64,000 nt of DNA, taken from Candidatus Spongiihabitans sp. Its GTDB lineage: Bacteria; Pseudomonadota; Gammaproteobacteria; Arenicellales; Poriferihabitantaceae. The position numbers were made by a program, and so were the translations under genes. This document shows positions 19,720 through 27,211 of the stretch, in pieces; positions within the stretch are counted from its first letter, which is position 1, and every line of letters starts with the position of its first letter. The notes below the pieces were generated by a model. That model saw nothing but the letters and a program-made list of their open reading frames with translations, was not told the DNA's origin and did no database searches. Where the stretch lies: the NCBI RefSeq assembly GCF_965247905.1, contig NZ_OZ252047.1:196938-260937 (forward strand), in the 5' to 3' direction.

Positions 19720-20553
19720 TTATGGTGCGGCAAAAACGCCCAGCAAAATTGGCGCAACCAAAGAGCTTTGTGTTTCCGTATATCGCCCTTTTCCGGCATC
19801 TTTGAGTTGCCGCAAAAACCGCTTGACCTCATCACCATCACCATCGCTGGTATTGACGGTGGTCACCGATCTTTTATCAATCGCCGAAAAACGCCGCGCG
19901 CCCGAAAGAATCGCGTTCTCCGTTCCGGGGTGCGGAACATCATCGGTTACCACCACAATCGTTTGTATTTCTGATTCGGTTCGCCACGGCGATTTCAGCG
20001 CCAGCTCAAAACCGCCCCCCAAATTCTCACCATCAGTGTCGTTATTGCCGTCGCCGCCACCAGCAGTAATCAGCACCAGGGCAGATTGTAAAGTTTTCAA
20101 TGAACTATCGGATGCGCTGATTTTTTGCAGTCGGAAGTAGGTATATCGCGCCGGATTTATGCCCTTGTCGTTAAAACCGATGATGCCAATCGCGACTGAC
20201 GGGGCGAGTTTTTCCAGCACTTCCGCCAAGTTACCCAACTCTTGTTTTAACGCGGCTATCTCTTCGCTCATGCTGCCGGTGGTATCCAACACAATCACCA
20301 CGTCCAAAGGTGGCAGTTGATGTTTTGGGGATTTCTTCAATTCACTAATCTGTGCGGCTTGCTGCGCTATGGTTTGCTCTTTTTGGTAGAGTTCGGTTTT
20401 GAGGGCGGCGAGTTCCTGGCGCAAATCAGGGACTTCTTTTTTATAGTATGGCAGGGCGATGACCGCAATAAGAATAAACGCCCCCATTGCCGATGCGAAC
20501 AAATCCAACGCCGACATGCTGAATATTTCCAGCCCTTTGCTGCGGCTTCTCAC
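19720..20553 (-). CDS. Membrane-anchored coiled-coil von Willebrand factor A (vWA) protein with an ExbD/TolR-like N-terminal anchor
   Basis: N-terminus RSRSKGLEIFSMSALDLFASAMGAFILIAVIALP is one TM helix with an Asp at its start. It is followed by a coiled coil (LRQELAALKTELYQKEQTIAQQAAQISELK) and a vWA domain with MIDAS-like VIVLDTTGSMSEE and VVVTDD. The GTG start overlaps the PP2C stop (GTGA). Confidence 0.8.
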   Translation of the reverse strand: MRSRSKGLEIFSMSALDLFASAMGAFILIAVIALPYYKKEVPDLRQELAALKTELYQKEQTIAQQAAQISELKKSPKHQLPPLDVVIVLDTTGSMSEEIAALKQELGNLAEVLEKLAPSVAIGIIGFNDKGINPARYTYFRLQKISASDSSLKTLQSALVLITAGGGDGNNDTDGENLGGGFELALKSPWRTESEIQTIVVVTDDVPHPGTENAILSGARRFSAIDKRSVTTVNTSDGDGDEVKRFLRQLKDAGKGRYTETQSSLVAPILLGVFAAP

Positions 20554-21347
20554 GGGCTGGGGGGCGGTTTTATTGCAAGCACAGTAACATTATCCTGATG
20601 TGGCGCACCCCGGGATTCTGTTTTTGCTACCAATGCGGCGGTGATATCGCTTGCGGTTTGTTGGCGCATGGAGTGCAGACAATCGGCGATTTCATCCTGC
20701 GTTAATGTGAGCAACCCATCGCTGGCCACCACAATTATCGGCGGAGCGGCACCATCCCATGCAATGCTGTTTTCGTCAACCAGCGCAATATCTTCACCCA
20801 TTAAAGCGGAACGCAAGGCATGCCGTTGTGAGTTTATTTTCGCATCTTCGCTCGATATTTTGCCTTCCATCACCGCTTGGTCCAACAACCCCCCCAGAGA
20901 ATGGTCGGCATTAATCTTTTGTAGCTGTTCGTCCATAAATATATATAAAAGCGAGTCACCAACGCTAATCCAGTGCAATGTGTCGTTATGGAGTAGTGTC
21001 GCAATCAATGTGCAGCCCATGCCGGTTAGTGAATTGTCTTCGCGTATTTTTGCGGCTAATGCACAGTTTGCCGCATGTAGCATATCCGTGGAAAGTTGTG
21101 GAATAGTACTTTCATCACATGACGCAGAAAAAGAAGAAATAAACTCTTTTACGGAAATTTCAGCAGCATCCGCGCCGCCCGCATGTCCACCCATGCCGTC
21201 TGCCAGCACCGCCAGCGTAGTGTTGGCATTGACCGGAAAGAATGCGTAAAAATCCTCCTGGCGCTCACGTTTCCCCTGTGCCGCACAACCTGAAAAATCT
21301 TTTTCTCTTTTCAGGACAGGTCTTCCCAATCGAAATCTGCGCCGCAA
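20550..21347 (-). CDS. PP2C-family Ser/Thr protein phosphatase
   Basis: PP2C motifs RERQEDF, VLADGMGGHAGG, VGDS, VVASDGL. The exact start is uncertain because the TTG at 21347 overlaps the upstream FHA gene by 37 nt. Confidence 0.9.
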   Translation of the reverse strand: MRRRFRLGRPVLKREKDFSGCAAQGKRERQEDFYAFFPVNANTTLAVLADGMGGHAGGADAAEISVKEFISSFSASCDESTIPQLSTDMLHAANCALAAKIREDNSLTGMGCTLIATLLHNDTLHWISVGDSLLYIFMDEQLQKINADHSLGGLLDQAVMEGKISSEDAKINSQRHALRSALMGEDIALVDENSIAWDGAAPPIIVVASDGLLTLTQDEIADCLHSMRQQTASDITAALVAKTESRGAPHQDNVTVLAIKPPPSP

Positions 21348-21784
21348 AACGGCACGAGTTGCAATACGGTTTTCCCCATTTTAATTTCATCGCCATGCTT
21401 GATTTCTCGCGGCTCTAACACAGGATCCTCGTTCAAGTAGGTGAGATTTTTTCCGTGACCGTGGCGTAGGTAAAACTTTCTGCCACGACCGTCATAAATC
21501 ACTTCGGCTTGATTTTCGCGTGCGATTTCGCTGTCGTTCACATCCAAGCAAACTGCGCAGTCCGCCGCCCGACCAATAATATTGACACCGTAGTGCAACG
21601 GAAAACTTTTTCCTCTTCGAGAACCGGAAACAGCCACCAACCAGCCGGTAACCGGCTCCAAATCTTCACTTTCGTTGCTTTCAGAAGGTGGTCGGTAAAC
21701 GGTGGTTTTCGGAGCGTCTGGGTTTTTCTTTTCGGGAGCGCTGCGGCGCAACATCCGCGTGGTATTTTCGGGATTGTCGGTCAT
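21311..21784 (-). CDS. FHA-domain protein (disordered Pro/Glu/Thr-rich N-terminus plus FHA)
   Basis: FHA core: GWLVAVSG...GKSFPLHYGVNIIGRAADCAVCLD...SEIARENQAEVIYD...FYLRHG...NLTYLN...GDEIKMGKTVLQLVPF. Confidence 0.85.
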   Translation of the reverse strand: MTDNPENTTRMLRRSAPEKKNPDAPKTTVYRPPSESNESEDLEPVTGWLVAVSGSRRGKSFPLHYGVNIIGRAADCAVCLDVNDSEIARENQAEVIYDGRGRKFYLRHGHGKNLTYLNEDPVLEPREIKHGDEIKMGKTVLQLVPFCGADFDWEDLS

Positions 21785-21796
21785 GAGTTTTACCTA

Positions 21797-22624
21797 TTAG
21801 TTCTTGTAAAGCCGATTGACAAGATTGTCAAGACAATACTGTACGCAGGTATTGAGCACGCTTTCTTCTTCGCCTTGCACGGCATGAAAAAAGAACACTA
21901 AAATCGACGCTTGAATCAACGCCAGCAAAGTAGTGTTAAACGCGACCGCCATTTTATTGGTGAGCTGTGACACGAAGTTGACACATTCGGGAACGCCCTC
22001 GCCACCGGCATATGCCAACGCATATGCGATGCCGAACACCGTGCCGATAAATCCGAGCGTGGGAATGAGCCACATGACATAGCGCAAAAAGTTATAACGT
22101 AGATCCAATTCATGTAAAAACAACTCGGCACTGGAGTTAAGCAGGCTGTTGGCTTGGTCAACCGCTCGCGAAGATTGAAACTGCAAAATGACACGCTTCG
22201 CCATACGTGGCAAAAAAGAAACGGCGGGGCGTGCGGTTAGCGTGCGATATATCTCGGGTAGCTGGGCGGCGGTCAGCACTGTTTCATCGTCCTCCGGCAA
22301 CAACCCTCTGTCGCATTCGGCGCGGTCATTTTTCGCCGAACGCAGACGCTTTGTTAATTCTCCCAAGCCGCCAAAAAATAAAATCCACATTAAATTTTGC
22401 AATGAGATTGGATAAAATTGAAATTCCCGGTCAATCAGCAATGCACCGATAAGCGACTCTTTCTGGTCGCCCAATAAAGGACTTTCAACGACACATTCCG
22501 GCGGCAACTCTCCGGTGGATATATTTTTATTTTCAAGCGGCAACCAGAAATGCAGCAATATCACGAACAACAATCCGATAACACCACCTCCGGCAAATCC
22601 AACAATTGTTTGGGCTGGACGCAC
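21797..22624 (-). CDS. MotA/TolQ/ExbB-family proton-channel-like membrane protein
   Basis: The C-terminal signature LRYVMWLIPTLGFIGTVFGIAYA...MAVAFNTTLLALIQASILVFFFH matches the conserved MotA_ExbB TM pair (..P.LGLLGTV.G....AL.TT..GL..A). An N-terminal TM helix is present. Confidence 0.8.
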   Translation of the reverse strand: MRPAQTIVGFAGGGVIGLLFVILLHFWLPLENKNISTGELPPECVVESPLLGDQKESLIGALLIDREFQFYPISLQNLMWILFFGGLGELTKRLRSAKNDRAECDRGLLPEDDETVLTAAQLPEIYRTLTARPAVSFLPRMAKRVILQFQSSRAVDQANSLLNSSAELFLHELDLRYNFLRYVMWLIPTLGFIGTVFGIAYALAYAGGEGVPECVNFVSQLTNKMAVAFNTTLLALIQASILVFFFHAVQGEEESVLNTCVQYCLDNLVNRLYKN

Positions 22625-22626
22625 GT

Positions 22627-23016
22627 TTATTTTTTTATAATCTCGCCGGTGATCGGGTCGCGTTTAACTGTGGCGGATGAGTTTATTGGATCGGCTGTTT
22701 GATTTTGTGGCGGAGGCGATACTTGCGAAAGAACTGCCATCGCTTCGGTCGAACCCGCCAACAACTGATGAACGACGACGACATATTCGCCCAACATCAT
22801 CATCGTTTTCGGGGTGATTGGATGCGGTCCGTGAACCGGTTGCCATTGCCCGTCAACGCGAATTTTGGTTCCGTTCGCGCTGTTATCATCCGAAACAAAC
22901 ATCTGATCCCGCGAATACAGGGTAATAGTGCAGTGCAATCGGCTGACCGTGCTATTGGAGACACGAACCAAACAACTCTCGGCACGCCCGACAGTCACTA
23001 CGATGGGTTCATTCAT
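22627..23016 (-). CDS. Small FHA-domain protein, first gene of the operon
   Basis: FHA core VTVGRAESCLVRVSNSTVSRLHCTITLYSRDQMFVSDDNSANGTKI. Its stop lies 2 nt before the MotA-like start. Confidence 0.85.
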   Translation of the reverse strand: MNEPIVVTVGRAESCLVRVSNSTVSRLHCTITLYSRDQMFVSDDNSANGTKIRVDGQWQPVHGPHPITPKTMMMLGEYVVVVHQLLAGSTEAMAVLSQVSPPPQNQTADPINSSATVKRDPITGEIIKK

Positions 23017-23139
23017 AGCTGTAGCCTCCCCCTAAAATTTTTTGCCGTAGGTTGCTCGCACAGATCATGAATTTACGCGGTGCGGTGAATATAGATTTTT
23101 CGCCATCTTACTCTGTGATGGCACCTATCGCAAGTGCAA

Positions 23140-23367
23140 CCAAAGCGCGCGCATGCACAAAAAAACCATCCAAGCAAATTGTGTGGACGCTCCGAAACGA
23201 GAATCTCTTTTTGGTTTAAGGATGTGATCCAGCCCCAGGTTCCCTTGAGGCTACCTTGTTACGACTTCACCCCAGTCATGACATACCGTGGTAATCGTCC
23301 TCCCGAAGATTAGACTAACTACTTCTGGTACTCCCATGGTGTGACGAGCCATGGTGTGGTGGGCGGG
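23140..23367 (-). pseudogene. Orphan decayed fragment of a 16S rRNA gene 3' end (about 150 nt) plus the beginning of the 16S-23S ITS
   Basis: 23217-23367 reads TAAGGATGTGATCCAGCCCCAGGTTCCCTTGAGGCTACCTTGTTACGACTTCACCCCAGTCATGA...CTCCCATGGTGTGACG. This is the reverse complement of the universal 16S 3' end (1492R site intact). The anti-SD is mutated (GGATG for GGAGG) and there is an 8-nt deletion. Below 23217 is ITS-like GTCCACACAATTTGCTTGGAT (minus strand). Confidence 0.75.
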
Positions 23368-23918
23368 AATGGTTTGACCCGCCCATAATAAAACGCCGCC
23401 GGCCTGACCTGCTTCAAGCGCACCAGCCGGGCCAGGATGCGCCCAACCGTGCTGATGCTGAGAAGCAGACCCTGATCCCTGGACAACACCTTCCAGAGCT
23501 TGCGTTTGCCCCACAAGGGATAACGCCTGCGCAAGTGCAGCACTTGTTGCTCCTGCCGCGCTGTCCATTGTCGACCGCGCACGCGCTTTGGGCGACGGCT
23601 TTGATCTTCTAAGCCGTTCCAGCCATGCTGTTGATAACGCTCTAGCCAACGGTAGTAGGTCGCCTTCGGCCAGCCGATGGTTTTCAGGCATACGTCGTGC
23701 AGCCTGCTGATTTGAGCTCGGCATAGAGTTCCAGTTTCTTTATTCGGGCGATGGCGGGTTCACTGGCGGTGTCGGCAATCGCCCAACTGCGGCATGATTT
23801 GATACGCAGGCTTTTGATCTGCATCGGGTAGTCTCCTGTGATTTAAGTGAATTGATTTCACCTTAGACTACCCGATTTTCTTAACTAATAAAGTCTCATT
23901 TGTGTCTGAGCCCGGACA
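23368..23918 (-). mobile_element. IS481-family element, truncated copy (left end plus about the first third of the transposase)
   Basis: About 95% identical by eye to 31730-32275, including the terminal GTCTCATTTGTGTCTGAGCC(C/T)GGACA. Homology stops at about 23370, where the rRNA fragment begins. Confidence 0.75.
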
Positions 23919-23955
23919 TGATTTGAGAGTATTTAGATTTTTTTGTGAATGATGC

Positions 23956-23985
23956 TTGACAGCAGAGTGGTGAATAAAGTAAACT
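23956..23985 (+). promoter_or_regulatory. Candidate sigma70 promoter for the HTH-ParA gene
   Basis: TTGACA (23956-23961), an 18-nt spacer, then TAAACT (23980-23985), about 40 nt upstream of the ATG at 24023. The palindrome TTTGCAAA lies just downstream. Confidence 0.3.
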
Positions 23986-24022
23986 GAAACTGTTTGCAAA
24001 GTTCACATATCGACATCACAGC

Positions 24023-25063
24023 ATGACTAACAAACTGGAATACGATCTGGTAGGGATTGCGGAAATTGCTGAAATTGCAGGAATTTCCCGGCAGGCCGTG
24101 GTTAATTGGCGCGCCAGATTCCCAAATTTTCCTGTTCCAGCTGTTGAACTTAAATCCGGGCCGGTTTTCCGGCGATCACAAATCCGTGCATGGCTACACG
24201 CCAGGAGGTTTCCAATGGCACATATAATTTCAACTATTAATCTTAAAGGCGGGGTTGGAAAGACCCACACCACTGTGGCATTAGCCGAGGTGTATTCGGC
24301 ATCGTTTAATAAAAAGGTGTTGGTTATTGATTTGGACCCGCAGACCAACGCCACTATAATGCTCATCGGCGAAGAGCGATGGAGTGAGTTGAACGAGAAT
24401 GGTTATACCTTGGCGAGGTTATTCAAAGATGCATTGAACCCCGACACCGCTACTTTCGACATTGAGAAGACCCTACAAAAACGCGTGTCTGATGTGCGGG
24501 CGGCTAACTCGATAGATCTCTTGCCCTCCAGTTTGGATTTGATAGATGTGCAGGATCGATTAGCCACCGTGCCATCGGGTAAATTTTATGCAGTTAATCC
24601 AATTGAGCTTTTGAGTAGGGCTGTGAAACCTATTGTTGACGATTACGACATTGTGCTAATTGATTGTCCTCCGAATCTCGGGATTATCACCTTGAACGGT
24701 TTGCGTATATCCAGTGGTTACATTATCCCCACTATTCCAGACATCCTTTCGACATATGGTATTCCGCAAATCATAAAACGGGTGAAGGAGTTCTCCAAAC
24801 AAATAGCCGAGCCCATTGATCCGTTAGGTATAGTGATTTCCAAGTATCGCGAACAATCGAATGTACATCGGAACACTGTAAAGCGGCTAGGTGACAATTT
24901 TGATGCACCGCTGTTTCATACCATTATTAAAGAGAGTAATGATCTTGCGAGTGCTGCGGAATACGGCTCTACTAACACCTTGAAGCAAAAGTATAGTTAC
25001 CATGGGCTGGTAGAAGTATACGAATCTTTGGCAACAGAAATTTTGGGAGCGTTGGGAGAATGA
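24023..25063 (+). CDS. HTH-fused ParA/Soj-family ATPase
   Basis: N-terminal excisionase/MerR-like HTH (IAEIAGISRQAVVNWRARFPNFP...FRRSQIRAWL). This is followed by the deviant Walker A NLKGGVGKTHT, DLDPQ, and Walker B VLIDCPP. Confidence 0.85.
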   Translation: MTNKLEYDLVGIAEIAEIAGISRQAVVNWRARFPNFPVPAVELKSGPVFRRSQIRAWLHARRFPMAHIISTINLKGGVGKTHTTVALAEVYSASFNKKVLVIDLDPQTNATIMLIGEERWSELNENGYTLARLFKDALNPDTATFDIEKTLQKRVSDVRAANSIDLLPSSLDLIDVQDRLATVPSGKFYAVNPIELLSRAVKPIVDDYDIVLIDCPPNLGIITLNGLRISSGYIIPTIPDILSTYGIPQIIKRVKEFSKQIAEPIDPLGIVISKYREQSNVHRNTVKRLGDNFDAPLFHTIIKESNDLASAAEYGSTNTLKQKYSYHGLVEVYESLATEILGALGE

Positions 25064-25437
25064 ATATCACAAAACCGCTAAAATCTTTTATGAAGGTCAT
25101 CGTCGATGAGGTCGGACAGAATCCTGAATTTGCCAAAAAAATTGCTATGGCTCTTGGGTTGGGTGAAGCCAAACGATACTCCGAACAGCAAGCAAAAAGG
25201 CGTAGTGGGAGGCGCACTCCAGCAGTGTTGGACCCGGTGGTATTGGTCAGCGAAGGAAGCGGAGAATTGCGAAAGAAACTTGATTCATTGGGTCTTGAGC
25301 AATTGCGAGATATCGTGGCTGAGTGTGGTATGGATCCGGGGAAACTTGTCATGAAATGGAAAAACAAAGAGCGAGTCATTGACCATATCGTTGAAGTGGC
25401 GAGTGCTCGATCTAAAAAGGGTGAGGCGTTCCGGTGA
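25060..25437 (+). CDS. Small basic partner protein with a C-terminal HeH/Rho_N-like motif (possible ParB-analog adaptor)
   Basis: ATGA overlap with the parA-like stop. Basic stretch KRRSGRRTP. C-terminal LEQLRDIVAECGMDPGKLVMKWKNKERVIDHIV resembles SAP/HeH nucleic-acid-binding helices. Confidence 0.55.
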   Translation: MNITKPLKSFMKVIVDEVGQNPEFAKKIAMALGLGEAKRYSEQQAKRRSGRRTPAVLDPVVLVSEGSGELRKKLDSLGLEQLRDIVAECGMDPGKLVMKWKNKERVIDHIVEVASARSKKGEAFR

Positions 25438-25439
25438 AA

Positions 25440-25866
25440 AGTAATCACTATTTCTCATGAAGCAACACTTTAAGCACTTGCTCGCGCAAGCGGTGGACGA
25501 GTTGTGTCGGCAGGGCGTGTTGGAGCAGGGCGCGGATGCGGTTGCCGACCTTTATCAAGCGCGTTGGCAGGTGGAATTGTTCTTTAAGTGGATCAAGCAA
25601 AACCTGAAGATAAAGTCCTTCATCGGCGCCGGCAATAACGCGGTGATGACGCAAGTCTGGGTCGCGCTGTGCGTGTGTTTACTCTTGGCGTTCATCAAAT
25701 TCCAGTCGCGGCTGGGCAAAAGCATGCGACAAATGCTCCGCCTGTTGCATCTTGACTTGTTCGACAAGCGCGACTTGATGGCGCTCTTGCGTGGCGACCC
25801 GCCCCCCAGGCCCGGCTTCAATCGCAATCAATCCTCGTTGCTGTGAAAGTTAATGGGACAGCAGTG
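25440..25866 (+). pseudogene. IS4-family transposase 3' remnant plus IS terminus (copy 2)
   Basis: Contains the DDE C-terminal Y-2-R-3-E-6-K signature (LYQARWQVELFFKWIKQNLKIKSF). It ends with the same terminus as copy 1. Confidence 0.8.
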
Positions 25867-26071
25867 GTTGAGCAACTGCTCGCCGTCCTCCTAATCCGAG
25901 ACGAGAAGTACAGAAGAATAAAAGCTTTTTTACAGTCAAAATACTTGCTTACGGTACGGAAATAACTTTCAGAATGGAGTAGCCTTCAGCAAATAATCGC
26001 CGCTCACATCCAATTATTTATTCTGTATTGAGGTAACCCTCATTGGCACGCAAAAATGCGATTGCAAGTTC

Positions 26072-26318
26072 ATGAACAAACTTGATGACACACTCGATGA
26101 AATCATCTATCTGGCGCGGGAATATGGTTTAGTTCTGCGTGGCGTATTTTGCGTCAATGAAGATGACAATGTGCCAGAAATCGCCGAGGGCGTTCACGCA
26201 TCAACGCTGATTTTATTTGGTAATGCGGGTTCTTCGTTTTGGGAATGTTTTTCAGGCTCGAGAGAGGTTGCTGATGGTCAGGCCGACCCATTGAACCGGT
26301 GGAGTCAAAGAGTGGGCG
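26072..26318 (+). pseudogene. 5' fragment of a hypothetical gene truncated by MITE-A copy 2
   Basis: The ORF reads MNKLDDTLDEIIYLAREYGL...DPLNRWSQRVG and then runs into the MITE terminal repeat. Confidence 0.4.
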
Positions 26319-26598
26319 CAGATCAGGGTCAGAGCGCAGATCAGGATCAGAGTAGAAATTATTGGGGCTTGGGAGCAGGTTTTTCTGGCTTCACTCTTCG
26401 TTGATAAAGTTGTTCAACTTGTTCCTTAAACCTTGCACTCCCAAATGCCATACAGCTATTTGTTGCATTTCTCAAATCATCAACTAGTTCAACGTTCAAA
26501 ATATCTTCAAACAAATCCCGATACTATACAAGCATTACATTTTCAACGAATCAATTTGCTTAACAAATACAAATAATTTCTACTCTGACCCTGATCTC
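26319..26598. mobile_element. MITE-A copy 2 (left terminal repeat partially duplicated)
   Basis: Near-identical to 16559-16823. The left end shows CAGATCAGGGTCAGAG followed by CGCAGATCAGGATCAGAGTAGAAATT. The right end is AATAATTTCTACTCTGACCCTGATCTC. Confidence 0.75.
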
Positions 26599-26795
26599 TG
26601 CCGCAAGCCGACCCCGACATTATCATTTCCGGACGCGGCGACGTGTCTATGTGGAAAAAATGGACTTCGCTGAGCGCGGTGGCGCACGATGGATTTATAT
26701 TCATCGACGGCAATGTGATGCACCGCCACACCGCACGCATGATTCTCGGCATCCGCGGACTGTGCGAACAGATCGACCGGGTGCGAAATTGAAAG

Positions 26796-26875
26796 GAGTC
26801 CGGCTACGCCGGACGGCATATTCCACTGGATTGCCCGGCCAATAATAATATGGGCCGGGCAATGACGAGTTGGGG
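26796..26875. repeat. Third copy of the approximately 90-bp REP-like unit seen at about 2078 and about 2292
   Basis: GGAGTCCGGCTACGCCGGACGGCATATTCCACTGGATTGCCCGGCCAATAATAATATGGGCCGGGCAATGACGAGTTGGGG, with the hairpin TGCCCGGCC-N11-GGCCGGGCA. Confidence 0.6.
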
Positions 26876-27211
26876 CGACAATGGCGAATCGAACGGGAAT
26901 GATTTTTTTGAGACGCCAAAAGTAAACTAGAAAAAAGTCCGGTTTCACCAGACTCATTAATTACGAACAAACATTGTGCGCCGCATATTTTTCGTCAGGC
27001 AAGGCGCGCAAGGAGCGAGGGAGTGAGCAATACATTAAGTATGTGAGCGACCGAGTGACGACGCGCAACACTATACGGCGTAATAAACCATGGCGACGAA
27101 AAAATCGCCGGGGAGCGCCATGAATTGATTGGCGCGAGCGAAGCGAGCCCGAAGGGCGCGTATCAAGGATGATACGCGCAAAAGGCAAGCGCAAAATAGG
27201 CAAGCGTGGAA

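Noticed and set aside
19706-19720. A perfect TATAAT hexamer 5 nt upstream of the kinase ATG, possibly an internal or leaderless promoter.
   Set aside because: It is a single hexamer with no -35 element in a 14-nt intergenic gap within a tightly coupled operon. It is most likely coincidental, and the sequence alone cannot support it.
17300-23016. The operon could be read as a type VI secretion threonine-phosphorylation pathway (PpkA/PppA/Fha) or as a Zorya (ZorAB) defence system.
   Set aside because: No T6SS structural genes (TssA-M, Hcp, VgrG) are in the window. There is no ZorB-like peptidoglycan-binding protein and no ZorC, ZorD or ZorE-like gene. These are only partial domain analogies, so it is reported as an unassigned system instead.
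23251-23724. A 157-aa minus-strand ORF (and the 87-aa ORF at 23319-23582) as possible genes.
   Set aside because: They run across the junction of the 16S fragment and the truncated IS481 copy. The 87-aa frame is simply the N-terminal transposase remnant, and the 157-aa frame is an alternative frame of the same IS sequence.
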